Below the pieces are notes generated by a model that was not told where the DNA came from, ran no database searches, and saw nothing but the letters and a program-made list of their open reading frames with translations. Both the position numbers and the translations under genes were made by a program. From Leucoraja ocellata (lineage: Eukaryota), in the NCBI GenBank assembly GCA_036785375.1, contig JAWMAR010002559.1:1-64000 (forward strand): a stretch of 64,000 bases of DNA, in the 5' to 3' direction. The first letter of the stretch is position 1, and every line of letters starts with the position of its first letter. Positions 37,912-51,874 of the stretch are shown here, in pieces.

Positions 37912-39194
37912 CTGGAAGGAAAGGGAAGCAGACGGGCAGTTGTGGGTTTAGTACAGAGCAGTGTGGCCCGGCATTTAATACCATCAGTGAGAAGGTTCAC
38001 AACTCCTGTACTCCCACAGACCCAGGTTCAGCCATGTTGTTGATGTTCTCCTCTCACACACTCTCGCTCTCCTTCTCTCTCCCCCTCTCTCACTTTCTCT
38101 CCCTCTCCCTCTCCTCTCACTTGCAGTTTCACACTTTTTCTCTCCCCCTTTCGCCCTCTCCTCTTTCTCTCACTCGCTCACACTCAGGCACTGTGTCTCT
38201 CACACTCGCAGTTTCACCCACTCTCCCTCTCTCGCCCCGTCTCCCCCTCTCTCCAACTTTCTCTCTCTCTCACACCCACTCTCACACCCACACACTCTCA
38301 CATAGTTAGATAAATCAATATTCATATCCCCGGTTGCTAAATACTTTAATTCCCCTTCCCACACTGACCTTTCTGTCCTCGGTCGCCTCCATTGACAGAG
38401 TGAGGCTAAACACAAATTGGAGGACCAGCATCACATATTCCGTTTGGGCAGCTTACAGCCCAGTGATATGAACATTGATTTCCCTCACTTGAGGTAGCCC
38501 TGTGTTCCCTCTCTCTCCATCCCTCCCCCTCCCAAGTCGCACCAGCTTCTCGTTTTCACCCAACAAACCACTAACAGTGGCCTGTTTCCTTTATCATCGT
38601 TACTTTGTTTACATCTATCTTTCATTCATTGTTCTTTATCTCTCTCTACATCATCATCTATATAGAGTCACACATTGTGGAAACAGGCCCTTCTGCCCAA
38701 CTTGCCCACACCGGCCAACATGGCCCAGCTACACTAGTCCCACCTGCCTGCGCTTGGTCCATGTACCTTTCTAACTGTTTCTTAAACGTTGGGATAGTCC
38801 CAGCCTCAACTACCTCCTCCAGCAGCTCGTTCCATACACGCACCATCCTTTGTGTCAAAAAGTTACCCCTCAGATTTTTTCCCCTTCACCTTGAACCTAT
38901 GTCCTCTGGTCCTCGATTCCCCTACTCTGGGCAAGAGACTCTGTGCATCTAACCGATCTCTTCCTCTCATGATTTTATACACATCTATAAGATCACCCCT
39001 CATCCCCCTGCACTCCAAGGAATAGAGTCCGAGCCTCCTCAACCTCTCCCTGTGGCTCAGGCCCCTCGAGTCTCGACCGAAACATCGCCTGTTCCTTCTC
39101 TCCAGAGATTCTGCCTGTTCCACTGAGTTACTCCAGCTTTTTGTACCCACTTTTGTATCATCTGTAGTTGAGATTAAATACAAAGTTCCACTAC

Positions 39195-39267
39195 CTGATT
39201 GGTGGCAGATTGTGGGCAGTAGATCACATTGGTGTCTTGGTTTCCTGAAGCATCTTCCCTCCAGCAG
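39195..39267 (-). CDS. Copy B cytoplasmic exon, (H)CWREDASGNQDTNVIYCPQSATNQ
   Basis: cttctgtag acceptor (phase 2) and CAG|gtagtg donor (phase 0) link the TM and terminal exons in frame. Confidence 0.72.
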
Positions 39268-40174
39268 CTACAGAAGATCACACCAAGTTTACAGCACATC
39301 AGCAAATTCCAAGTATAAAGTTGCAGTTGTATTAGACGTTGGTCATAAAGTCATGAGGTTATTAATGATAGGAGCAGAATGAAGTCATTCGGCCCATCAA
39401 GTCTACTCTGCCATTCAATCATGGCTGATCTAACTCTTCCTTCTAATTCCATTCTCCTGCCTTTTCCCCCATAACCCCTGACACCCGTACTGATCAATAA
39501 CCTATCCATCTCTGCCTTAAACATATTGATTGGCTTGGCCTCCACAGCCTTCTGTGGCAAAGAATTACACAGATTCACCACCCTCTGACTGAAGAAACTC
39601 CTACTCTGCTTCCAAAAGGTAGTCCTTTAATTCTAAGGCTGTGGCCTCTGGTCCTAAACTCACACTCCTACTAGTGGAAACATCCTCTCCACATCCACTC
39701 TATCCAGGCCATTCACTATTCATTAAATATCAATGAGGTCTTCCCCTCATCCTTCTAAACTCCAGCTAGTACAGGCCCAGTAAGTGTCAAATGTTAATCA
39801 TTCTCGTAAACTTCCTTTGGACCCTCTCCCGAGCCAACACATTCTCCCTCAGATATGGGGCCCAAAACAGCTCACAACAGTCTAAAGGCCATCCGTCGCT
39901 GGCTCTGATTTGTTCTAACTTTCTCAACCTTTCAGTCTGAAGAAGGTCCCAACCCGAAATGTCACCTATTCCTGAATCCCCAGAGATGCTGCCTGACCCG
40001 CTGAGTTACTCCAGCACTTTGTACCTGTCCATGATCTCCAGAGATGCTGCCTGACCCGCTGAGTTACTCCAGCACTTTGTGTCTGTGAACAGGAGTTAGC
40101 CTGGCAGAAGCAGTCATAAGCAGATGACAAAGAGATGGATTTGGCAGTAAAAATGTGGATTTATTTAAACTTAC

Positions 40175-40271
40175 TGCAGTATATACTTGTAGATGATGAA
40201 TCCAGTTAGCACAGCCACCAGTATTATCCTTGCTGTAAGCAAAACTGCCTTCCAAATACTGAAGCCTTTAT
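40175..40271 (-). CDS. Copy B transmembrane exon, KGFSIWKAVLLTARIILVAVLTGFIIYKYIL(H)
   Basis: tttttacag acceptor, CA|gtaagt donor, internal Arg (AGG 40228-40230). Confidence 0.85.
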
Positions 40272-42699
40272 CTGTAAAAACAAGAGGTGTGTTTTCAGTT
40301 TTTACAGTTTAATTTATTGTCACGTGTAACGAGGTACAGTGAAAAGCTTTTGTGTCGTGCTATCCAGTCAGCAGAAAGGCAATACGTGATTACAATGGAG
40401 CCGTCCACAGTGTACAGATACAGAACAAAGGGAATAACGTTTAGTGCAAGGTAAAGCCAGCAAAGTTCGATCAAAGATAGTCCGAGGGTCACCAATGAGG
40501 TAGATAGTAGTTCAGGACTGCTCCCTAATTGTGGTAGAATGGCCTGATAACAGCTGGGAAGAAACTGTCCCTGAATCTGGAGATGTGCGTTTTCACACCA
40601 GTTCCCTTATCATGTATCTAAATACTGTAAACAGCTTGATTGTAATCATGTGTGGTCTGTACACTGACTGGTTAGCACACAACAAAAGCTTTTCACTGTA
40701 GCTCGGCGCACACATGACAATAAACTAAACTGTAACATAGTCTTATAGTAGTGTATAAATCATGAGTGGATTAGATCGGGTAGATGCACAGAGTCTCTTG
40801 CCCAGAGTAGGGGAATCGAACATCAGAAAACATAGGTTTAAGGTGAGGGGGAAAAGATTTAATAGGAATCTAAGGGGAAACATTTCCACACAGTGAGTGG
40901 TGGGTGTATGGATTGTGCTGCCAGAGGCCGTTGAGGCAGAGACTATCCCAACATTTACAAAACAGTTATACAGGTACATGGATAGGACTGGTTTGCAGGG
41001 ATATGGACCAAGCACAGGCAGGTGGGACTAGTGTAACTGGGGCATGTTGGCTGGTGTGGACAAGTTGGGCCAAAGTGCCTGTTTCCACAATGTATCACTA
41101 TAACTCTGTGAGACGGATATGGGCCTGTTTTCATGCAATGCCACTATGACTCAATGATATCTTGCCTGCCGCAGATGTTAGAGTCTAGTTGTTGTGCAAG
41201 ACGTTGGTGAGACCGCATTTGAGGTATTGCGTCTAGCTTTAGTCACACTGCTCTAGGAAGGAAGCTGGAAAGAGTGCAGAGAAGATTCATGACAATAGAC
41301 AATAGGTGCAGGAGTAGGCCATTCGGCCCTTCGAGCCAGCACCGCCATTCAATGTGATCATGGCTGATCATCCACATTCAGTACACCGTTCCTGCCTTCT
41401 CACCATATCCCTTGACTCCGCTATCTTTAAGAGCTTTATCTAACTCTCTCTTCAAAGCATCCAGAGAATTGGCCTCCACTGCTTTCTGAGACAGAGAATT
41501 CTACAGATTCACAATTCTCTGGGTAAAAAAGTTTTTCCTCATTTCCATTTTAAATGGCCTACCCCTTATTCTTAAACTGTGGCCCCTGGTTCTGGACTCC
41601 CGCAACAGGAACATTTTTCCCGCCTCTAGCGTGTTCAATCCCTTCATAATCTTATATGTTTCAATAAGATCCCTTCTCATCCTTCTAAATTCCAGTGTAA
41701 TCCAGTTATTTTTTCACACAAAGAGTGGTGAATCTCTGGAACTCTCTGCCGCAGAGGGTAGTCGAGGCCAGTTCATTGGGTATATTTAAGAGGTAGTTAG
41801 ATGTGGCCCTTGTGGCTAAGGGGATCAGAGTGTATGGAGAGAAGGCAGGTACGGTCTACTCAGTTGGATGATCAGCCATGATCATATTGAATGGCGGTGC
41901 AGGCTCGAAGGGCCGAATGGCCTACTCCTGCGCCTAATTTATATGTTTCTATACAAGCCCAGCCGCTTCATTCTATCAACATATGCCAATGCCGCCATCC
42001 CGGGAACTAACCTCATGAACCTGCGCTGCACTCCCTCAATAGCAAGAATAGCTTTCCTCAAATTTGGAGACCAAAACTGCACACAATACTCCAGGTGTGG
42101 TCTCACCAGGGCCCTGTACATCTGCAGAAGGACCTCTTTGCTCCTATATTCAACTCCTGCTGTAATGAAGACCAGCATGCCATTGCCGTTCTTCGCTGCT
42201 TGTTGTACCTGCATGCTTACTTTCAGTGACTGATGAACAAGATCTCTTTGTACTTCCCCTTTTCCCAACTTGACACCATTCAGATAATAATCTGCCTTCC
42301 TGTTTTTGCCACCAAAGAGGATAACCTCATATTTATCCACATTAAATTGCATCTGCCATGCACCCGCCCACTCACCCAACCTGCTGAGGTCACTCAGCAT
42401 CCTCATAGCATCCTCCTCACAGTTCACACAGCCACCCAGCTTTGTGTCATCTGCATATTTGCTGATGGTGCTTTGAATCCCTTCATCTAAATCATTGATG
42501 TATATTGTAAATTGCTGCATTCCCAGCACTGAACCTTGCGGTACCCCACTAGTCACTGCCTGCCATTCTGAAAGGGACCCGTTAATCCCTACTCTTTGTT
42601 TCCTGTCTGCCAACCAATTTTATATCCATGTCAGTTCCCTACCCCCAATATCATGTGCTCTAATTTTGCCACTAATCTCCTATGTGGGACTTTGTCAAA

Positions 42700-43977
42700 T
42701 CTATCAACACTATTACTAAAACTCACATCTTGTCCTCTTCCCGTTTGCGTTGTTTTTAAATTTGCGCAAAAATGATACCCAATATCGCTAGGATATATCG
42801 CCACCTTACTCACCGTCCTCTGCTCCAAGTGCACCAAATTTTGTTCTGATCGCACCCCCAACCCCTTCCCCTTCCCCTCTGGTCCTCCTCACTGGCTCCC
42901 GCACCCCCACCCCGTAAATCCGCACACTACCCCATGGCTCTTCCCCCGTCTTTTCTCTGAGCTCTCTCCCCCCCCGCCCACACCCCTCCCCTGCCACACA
43001 CCCCTCCCCCCACACCCTAACACCCCCCACAACCCTCCCTCCCACACCCCCTGCCCACAGACCTCCCTCCCCAAAACCCCCCCACACACCCCTCACCACC
43101 CCACACACCCCTCACCACCCCACAACCATTCTCCCCACACACCCTTACCTCCCACACACCCTTACCTCCCACACACCCCTCACCACCCCACACACCCCTC
43201 ACCACCCCACACACCCCTCACCACCCCACACACCCCTCACCACCCCACAACCATTCTCCCCACACACCCTTACCTCCCACACACCCTTACCTCCCACACA
43301 CCCCTCACCACCCCACACACCCCTCACCACCCCACACACCCCTCACCACCCCACACACCCCTCACCACCCCACAACCATTCTCCCCACACACCCTTACCT
43401 CCCACACACCCTTACCTCCCACACACCCCTCACCACCCCACACACCCCTCACCACCCCACACACCCCTCACCACCCCACACACCCCTCACCACCCCACAA
43501 CCATTCTCCCCACACACCCTTACCTCCCACACACCCCTCACAACCTCCCTGACGACACACCCCCACAATGCACCCCACACCACACCCCCAGCCCACACAC
43601 CCCTCCCCCCCACAACCCCCCTCCCCCACACAATCCCCCCTCCCCCACAATACCCCCTCCCCCACACAATACCCCTCCTCCCACAACTACCGCCTCTCCC
43701 CACACACACACAAACTCCCTCCCCCCCCACACAACCCCCACCCCACACACACCCTCCCCCACCTGAAAAGCCTCATCTACAACACCCCCTTCCCACACAC
43801 AACCCTCCCCGAAACCACTCCCCCCCTCCCACATCCTCCCTCCCTCATCCCACCCCCACATCCCTCCTCCTCCCCCCTTGGAAACCCCTCCAGCCCACAT
43901 ACACACTTTCTCACCCACCCCTCCCCAACACACACTCCCCGTGGTGTTTGGGACCCAATGGGTCCCACTTAGTCTAG
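42700..43977 (+). mobile_element. Helitron, unit-2 copy (internal deletion and expanded C-rich minisatellite)
   Basis: Same termini and same A|T site within the CR1. Confidence 0.85.
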
Positions 43978-45159
43978 TACTTATTGAAAGTCTAGGTACA
44001 CTACATCCACTGGCTCTCCCTTGTCCATTTTCCCAGTTACATCCTCAAAAAATTCCAGAAGATTAATCAAGCATGATTTCCCCTTCATAAATCAATGTGA
44101 CTCCGACTGATCCTGTTACTGCTATCCAAATGTGCCGCTATTTCATCTTTTATAATTGACTCCAGCACCTTCCCCACCACCTATGTCACACTAACTGGTC
44201 TATAATTCCTTGTTTTCTCTCTCAAACCATGCTTAAAAAGTGGAAAAACATTATCTACCTTCCAATCCACAAGAACTGATCCTGAATCTATAGAACATTG
44301 GAAAATGATCACCAATGCGTCCACAATTTCTTGAGCCACTTCCATAAGTACCCTGGGATGCAGGTCATCAGGCCCTGGGGATTTATCAGCTTCAGTCCCA
44401 TCTGTCTACCCAACACCATTTCCTGTCTAATGTGAATTTCCTTCAGTTCCTCCGTCATCCAAGATCCTCTGGCCATGTTGCCATCACTCGAGAATTAGAC
44501 AGGAACACGATGAGGTCAGGTTTGCAGGGGTATGGGCCAAATGCAGGCAGGTGGGACTGGTGTAGGTGTGACATGTTGGTTGGTGTGGGCAAGTTGGGCT
44601 GAAGGGCCTGTTTCCACACGGTATGTGTAGGAGTCATTTATGTTTCGGCCAGCTACTGTTGGCATATTATATTAGTTTGTAGCATCCTGGACAATACAGC
44701 TCACCCCCTCCGTGACACATTGGTCAACCTGAGGAGCACATTCAGCAACAGACTGGTTCCACCAAGATGCAGGACAGAACGCCACAGGAGATCCTTCTTC
44801 CCTGTGGCTATCAAACTGTACAACTCCTCCCCATTCTGTCGTAGTGTAGACTGAGACTGACTCGCCTCCCCACCACACCCCTCCCACGTAATCTTTGCAC
44901 AGTCCCCAAGCCTTTCCACTCGTCACTTTAATTTCATATTTAAAGTATTTTGTGTTTGTGTATTTTGTGTATTTAGTTCTCTCCTGGGATATATACAGTT
45001 CTATTGTGTCGTATCGTATTGTAAAAGTTGCCCCGCACATCTCCTTTACAATTTTCCCCTCTCACCTTAAAGCTCTGCCCTCTCAACCTTGACATTTGCA
45101 CCATGTGAAAAAGATTCTGACTGTCTACCTTCTCAATGCAACTCATAGTTTTATATATT

Positions 45160-45625
45160 TGTTTTTAAATCTCTGAATGGGCTCGCCCCGCCTTACCTCT
45201 CTGAGCTGCTCCACCCATACGCTCCTGCCCGGTCCCTCAGGTCAGCTGGTTAGCTGCTCCTGGAGGTAACGAGGTCTAGTCGGAGGCTCAGAGGGGATAG
45301 AGCCTTCTCTGTTGCTACTCCGGCACTCAGGAACACCCTGCCGTTGCACATCAGACAGGCCCCCTCGCTGCCCATCTTCAAATCCAGTGTTAAAACACAT
45401 TTGTACTCCCTGGCTTTTGACCATGCCTGAGACTTTGCTTCTGTTTTTGGTGTTTTTGATGTTTCTTTATTTTACATGTCTTTTCCTACTATTTCTTTTG
45501 ATTGTTATTTTTGGTGCGTATTAACTTTTTTGTCAATGATTAGTGATGTACAACACTTTGTTGCAGCTATGTTTGTTTTTAAAGTGCTCTATAAATAAAA
45601 TTATTATTATTATTATTATTATTAT
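45160..45625 (+). mobile_element. L2-like 3' fragment with (ATT)n tail, unit-2-specific
   Basis: FKSLNGLAPPYLSELL...RSLRS...GDRAFSV...FKS.VKTHL; absent at ~10545 and ~47180. Confidence 0.8.
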
Positions 45626-48239
45626 ATTTCTATCAGGTCTCCCGTCAGCCTTTCAACTGGGTGGTGAATCTGTGGAATTCTTTGCAACAGACGGCAGTGG
45701 AGGCCAAGTCAGTGGTTATATTTAAGGCAGAGATAGATAGATTCTTCATTAGTACGGGTGTCAGAGGCTATGGGGTGAAGGCAGGGGAATGGGGCAGGGG
45801 AGGGAGAATTAGATCAGCCATCATCGAATGGCAGAGTAGACTTGATGGGCCGAATGGGCCCTTGGCAGTGTGTTGCGGATGCTCTCCATGGTTAAACAGT
45901 TTACCAGGGAGTACAAGTACCTTATACAAATATCACCAGTCTGAAGAAAGGTCTCACCCCAAAATGTCACCTATTCCTTCCCTCCAGAGATGCTGCCTGT
46001 CCCGTTGAGTTACGCCAGCATTGCAATAACCAACCTGATCTCCCAGTGGCTCAGCACTTCAACTCTTCCTCACATTCCAAATCCAACCTCTCTGTCCTGG
46101 GCCTCCTCCATGGCCAGAGTGAGGCCCACCGTAAATTGGAGGAGCAGCACCTCATATTTCGCTTGGGCAGTTTACACCCCAGCGGTATGAACATTGACTT
46201 CTCTAATTTCAGGTAGTCCCGGCTTTTTCCTCTCCTTCCCAGCTCTCCCTCAGCCCACAGTCTCCTCCTCTTCCTATCTTCTTCCCGCCCCCATCCTCCT
46301 ATCAGTCTGAAGGGTCTCGACCCGAAACGTTGCCTATTTCCTTCACTCCATAGATGCTGCCTCACCCGCCGAGTTTCTCCAGCATTGTCTGCTCCAGCAT
46401 TTTGTGTCTATCTTCAGTAAACGGGACTGATCCAAGAACTCTGAGGCCCTGTACAAGAAGGGACAGAGCTTTCTGAGAAGGCTCCGCTCCTTCAACATCT
46501 GCAGCAAGAAGCTGCAGATGTTCTACTAACGGTGGTGACCAGTGCCATCTTCTTCGCTGCCGTGTGCCGGGGCAACAGGGCGAAGGCTGCAGATGCCAAT
46601 GGGATCAACAAGCTCATCAGGAAGGCCGGCTCCATCCTGGGGGCGGAGTTGGATTCACGGGAGGTTGGTCTTGGAGGGGAGGATGCTCCTCAAACTGTGG
46701 AGCATCCTGAACAATACAGCTCACCCCCTCCGTGACACATTGGTCAACCTGAGGAGCACATTCAGCAACAGACTGGTTACACCAAGATGCAGCACAGAAC
46801 GCCACAGGAGATCCTTCTTCCCTGTGGCTATCAAACTGTACAACTCCTCCCCCTTCTGTCATAGTGTAGACTGAGACTGACTCGCCTCCCCATCGCCCCC
46901 CTCCCATGTAATCTTTGCACAGCCCCCAAGCCTTTCCACTCGTCACTTTAATTTCATATTTCAAGTATTTTGTGTTTGTGTATTTTGTGTATTTAGTTCT
47001 CTCCAGGGATATATAAAGTTCCATTGTGTCGTATCGTATTGTAAAAGTTACCCCGCACATCTCCTTTACAATTTTCCCCTCTCACCTTAAAGCTCTGCCC
47101 TCTCAACCTTGACATTTGCACCATGTGAAAAAGATTCTGACTGTCTACCTTCTCAATGCAACTCATAGTTTTATATATTTCTATCAGGTCTCCCCTCAGC
47201 CTTTCAATTGGGTGGTGAATCTGTGGAATTCTTTGCCATAGACCGCAGTGGAGGCCAAGTCAGTGGTTATATTTAAGGCAGAGATAGATGGATTATTGAT
47301 CAGTACGGGTGTCAGAGGCTATGGGGTGAAGGCAGGGGAAGGGGAGGGAGAAATAGATCAGCCATGATCGAATGGCAGAGTAGACTTGATGGGCCGAATG
47401 GCCTTATTGTGCTCCCATCACTTATGAACATGAACTCCAGAGAAAGTCTATCCAACCTCTTCTTTAGTTTAGTTTAGAGATACAGCGCGGAAACAGGCCC
47501 TTCGGCCCACCGTGTCCACGCAGACCAGCGATCCCGACACATATACTATCCTGCACACACTAGTGACAATTTACAAATATACCAAGCCAATTAACCTGCA
47601 CACCTGTATATCTTTGGAGTGTGGGAGGAAACCGGAGCACCCGAAGAAAACCCACGTAGGTTATGGGATGAACTTGCCAACTCCGTACCGACAAGCACCC
47701 GTAGTGAGGATTCAACCTGGCTCTCTGGTGCTGTGAGGCAGCAACTCTACCGTTGAACCACTGTGTGCCCCCCTTAAAACTCCTTATTGGTAATACTCTC
47801 TAAACTAGGCAGCGCTGTGCACCCTGACCACATCCTTCCTGTAATGGGGTGACCAGAACTGCACACAATGCTTCAAATAATTTTATCTAATCTTCCTCAT
47901 CTTAGAAGAGGAGAGAGGAAATATAGGAAGTATGTTGTCAAGCAGGAAAGGGTGCAGCGAAGATTCATGAGGATGTGGCCAGGACTAGAGGGCCTGAGCT
48001 ATAGGGAAAGGTTGAGCAGGCTAGAACTCTCTTCCTTGGAGAACAGGGGGATCTTATAGAGGTGTTTAATATCATGAGAGGAATAGATCGGGTAGATTCA
48101 CCGAGTCTCTTGCCCAGAGTAGGTGAATCGAGGACCAAAGGACATAGGTTCGAGTGTGTGTGTTAGTGAATTCCAGCATCTCTCATGGGCCAATAAACCA
48201 TCTGCCTTTACATAGACATGACAGTGTGTGTCTACACAC

Positions 48240-48955
48240 ATTCTACAGTGAGGGTCACATCCCTCTCTGCTGTCCCATGGTCATTCTCCGCCACACATTG
48301 ATAGACCCCAGCGTCCTTCCCTGTCAGCTGAGGGAATTGAAAACACTAGGCTTGTATTCACCGGAGTTTAGAAGGTTGAGGGGATATCTTATAGAAACAT
48401 ATAAAATTATAAAAGGACTGGACAAGGTAGATGCATGAAAAATGTTCCCAATGTTGGGCGAGTCCAGATCCAGGGGCCACAGTCTTAGAATAAAGGGGAA
48501 GCCACTTAAGACTGAGGTGAGAAAAAAAAATTTCACCCAGAGAGTTGTGAATTTGTGGAATTCCCTGCCACAGAGGGAAGTGGAGGCCAAGTTACTCGAT
48601 GGATTTAAGAGAGAGTTAGAGCTCTAGGGGCTAGTGGAATCAAGGGATATGGGGAGAAGACGGGCACGGGTTATTGATTGGGGACGATCAACCATGATCA
48701 CAATGAATGGCGGTGCTGGCTCGAAAGGCCGAATGGCCTCCTCCTGCAACTATTTTCTATGTCTATGTCTATGTCCATCCACAGCTCGTTGCTGGAACGT
48801 GTTGTGTTCAGCGTGACACCGATGTCTCCACATCAGGTTAGACGCTGGGAAACTCTGGAAGGAGCAGAGGATCGCTGCAGAGTTTCCTTCCTTTATACTG
48901 ACCCAGGAATTGTTCACATTGTCGGGGGAAGTGATTGAGAGATTCTGGGGGGCGT
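48240..48955 (-). pseudogene. Copy B disrupted Ig3 exon
   Basis: Halves at 48773-48955 and 48240-48336, with the same frameshift and the same CR1 insertion site as copy A. Confidence 0.9.
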
Positions 48956-49837
48956 CTGCAAACAGATAAAATTCAACAACTAGTTTTGCGGCACTTTCGG
49001 TGTCCCTTGTAAAAGACTTTAGTCTTCAGACTGTAGAGATACACTGCGGAAATAGGCCCTTCAGCCCACGGAGTCCGCGCCAACCATCGATCACACATTC
49101 ACACACTAGTTCTATGTTTAGGGAAATGAGAGATATAGACGATGGTGTAGAGACATATAGAACAAAGAATGAAAGATATGCAAAAAGTTAACGATGATAA
49201 AGGAAACAGGCCGTTGTTAGCCGTTTGTTGGGTGAGAACGAGAAGCTGATGAGACTTGGGTGGGGGAGGGATGGAGAGAGAGGGAATGCCGGGGCTACCT
49301 GAAGTTAGAGAAATCAATATACATACCACTGGGCTGTAAACTGCCCAAGCAAAATATGAGATGCTGATCCTCCAATTTGCATTTAACCTCACTCTGACAA
49401 TGGTGGTGTCCGAGGACAGAAAGTTCAGTGTGGGAATGGGAAGGAGAATTAATGTGTTTAGCAACCAGGAGATCAGGTAGGTCATACATCTCTCTACATC
49501 ATCGTCTATATCTCTCGTTTCCCTTTTCTGGAACTTTCAGTCTGAAGAAGGCTCTCGACCCGAAACGTCACCCATTCCTTCTCTCCAGAGATGCAGCCTG
49601 TCCTGCTGAGTTTCTCCAGCTTTTGGTGTTGATTTGATTAGTACAGGTGTCAGAGGATATAGGGAGAAGGCAGAAGAAAGGGGTTAGGAGAGAGAGATTG
49701 ATCAGCCATGATTGAATGGCAGAGTAGAGTTGATGGGCTGAATGGCCTAATTCTGTACCTATCGTCTATGACCTTATATACCAGCACTGCTAATAGATTA
49801 TTGATGTTCCTGCACAATAAACGATCTCCGTACTTAC

Positions 49838-50131
49838 ATTCCACAGTCAGTGTGAGGGTCTGCTCCGATGACACAGTTGGGTATGTGACTCTGCAGGTGA
49901 GGTTTTGTCCGTGATGTTTGAGCGCTGGGGTCAGGGACAGAACAGAAGTATATGTCAGAGTGTCACCCTGCTGAGTTACGCTGTTTGAGGCTGACGGTGG
50001 TTCATCAGCGGGGGTGACCCAGGTTAAGGTGGGTGCCGTTCCATCACACGTGGTGTTGAAGGAGCAGGTCATGTCCACAGGCTTTCCTGGCACCAATTCA
50101 GCAGGAAATATCGTGGGTTTATCCGTGAAAT
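49838..50131 (-). CDS. Copy B C2-set Ig exon
   Basis: 294 nt, AG/GTAAGT, 5 aa differences from copy A. Confidence 0.93.
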
Positions 50132-50587
50132 CTAACACACAGAGAAACAAATACTGTTAGTTAAATATCACTGGATACATCGGTTCACATTGAAATCCCA
50201 GTCCCACACGAGCAAGGATGTTTTTACAAGGTATAGAAGTGTGAAAACGCACACCTCCAGATTAAGGGACAGTTTCTTCCCAGCTGTTATCAGGCAACTG
50301 AATCATCCTACCACAACCAGGGAGCAGTCCTGAACTACAATCTGCCTCAGCAGAAAGACTATACATGATTGCAATCGAGCCATTTGCAGTGTATGGATAC
50401 ATGCTAAGAGAATAACGTTTAGTGCAAGGTAAAGCCAGCAAAGTCCAATCAAGGATAGTCCGATGGGTCACCAGTGAGGTCGACAGTAGTTCAACACTGC
50501 TCTCTGGTTGTGGTAGGATGGTTCAGTTGCCTGATAACAGCTGGGAGAAACTGTTGAGTGAAATAGTGAATTATACAGAGCAATTAC

Positions 50588-50956
50588 CAGTAACACCGAG
50601 CTGTGTTGCAGGGAGGTAGTTGTACTTATTTCCCCCTCCGAAATCAACTTTGAAAAAATAAGGACCTGCATCTTGCGGCGTGACGTTGTCTATAACCAGG
50701 GAACAGTCGTTGTCTATCAGGATTCCTGACAGCCGGGTCCGATGCTGAAACTTTGTTGATGCTAGACTGGGATTCCCGGAGTGGAAGGCTACAGGACCTT
50801 TGTTGTCGTACGACCCACTGTTAAACCAGATTCCAGTCCGTGGTTTATTGTTCAGATCCGACGGGTACGTGTAGTGACACGGAATCCGTGCACACAAACC
50901 ATTCTGCGCTTTCACAGCTCTGGGATTCCATGCACCCCACTCTCCCGACATCACGG
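50588..50956 (-). CDS. Copy B Siglec-type V-set exon with essential Arg>Lys
   Basis: 369 nt, phase 1-1, donor G|gtaatt. GLCARIPC and NDCSL retained; DAGPYFFKVD with AAA at 50649-50651. Confidence 0.93.
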
Positions 50957-51090
50957 CTGAGGAGAGAAGGAACAATCTTTAGCAGTGAACACCCTGTCAG
51001 TTCACTGGACTTTCCACACCGTTTATCCTGCGCTGTGGACCCGGTGTGAACAGAGCGTAGAAGAGCAGCATGGTGGCGTAGTGGTAGAGT

Positions 51091-51795
51091 CTCCCTCCTC
51101 ACCGCCCCTCCCCCAGTGCATCACTCCCTCCTCACCGCCCCTCCCCCAGTGCATCACTCCCTCCTCACCGCCCCTCCCCCAATGCATCACTCCCTCCTCA
51201 CCGCCCCTCCCAGAATGCATCACTCCCTCCTCACCACCCCTCCCACAGTGCATCACTCCCTCCTCACCGCCCCTCCCAGAATGCATCACTCCCTCCTCAC
51301 CACCCCTCCCACAGTGCATCACTCCCTCCTCACCGCCACTCCCACAATGCATCACTCCCTCCCACAGTGCATCACTCCCTCCTCACTGCCCCTCCCCCAG
51401 TGCATCACTCCCTCCTCACCACCCCTCCCACAGTGCATCACTCCCTCCTCACCGCCACTCCCACAATGCATCACTCCCTCCCACAGTGCATCACTCCCTC
51501 CTCACCGCCCCTCCCCCAGTGCATCACTCCCTCCTCACCGCCCCTCCCAGAATGCATCACTCCCTCCTCACCGCTCCTCCCACAATGCATCACTCCCTCC
51601 CACAATGCATCACTCCCTCCTCACTGCCCCTCCCCCAGTGCATCACTCCCTCCTCACCGCCACTTCCACAGTGCATCACTCCCTCCTCACCACCCCTCCC
51701 ACAGTGCATCACTCCCTCCTCACCGCCACTCCCACAATGCATCACTCCCTCCCCCAGTGCATCACTCCCTCCTCACCGCCCCTCCCCCAGTGCAC
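51091..51795. repeat. 33-bp minisatellite expanded to roughly 20+ variant units
   Basis: Same unit with substitution variants and shortened units. Confidence 0.95.
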
Positions 51796-51834
51796 CATTC
51801 CCCGTAAACACTTCTGAGTTGCTGCTGATGGTAC

Positions 51835-51874
51835 CTTGGAGAAGGGAGAGGAGGAAGAACGATCTCCCGATCAT
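51835..51874 (-). CDS. Copy B signal-peptide exon
   Basis: Same peptide as copy A. ATG at 51874, donor AAG|GTACC, exon opens at 51916. Confidence 0.85.
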
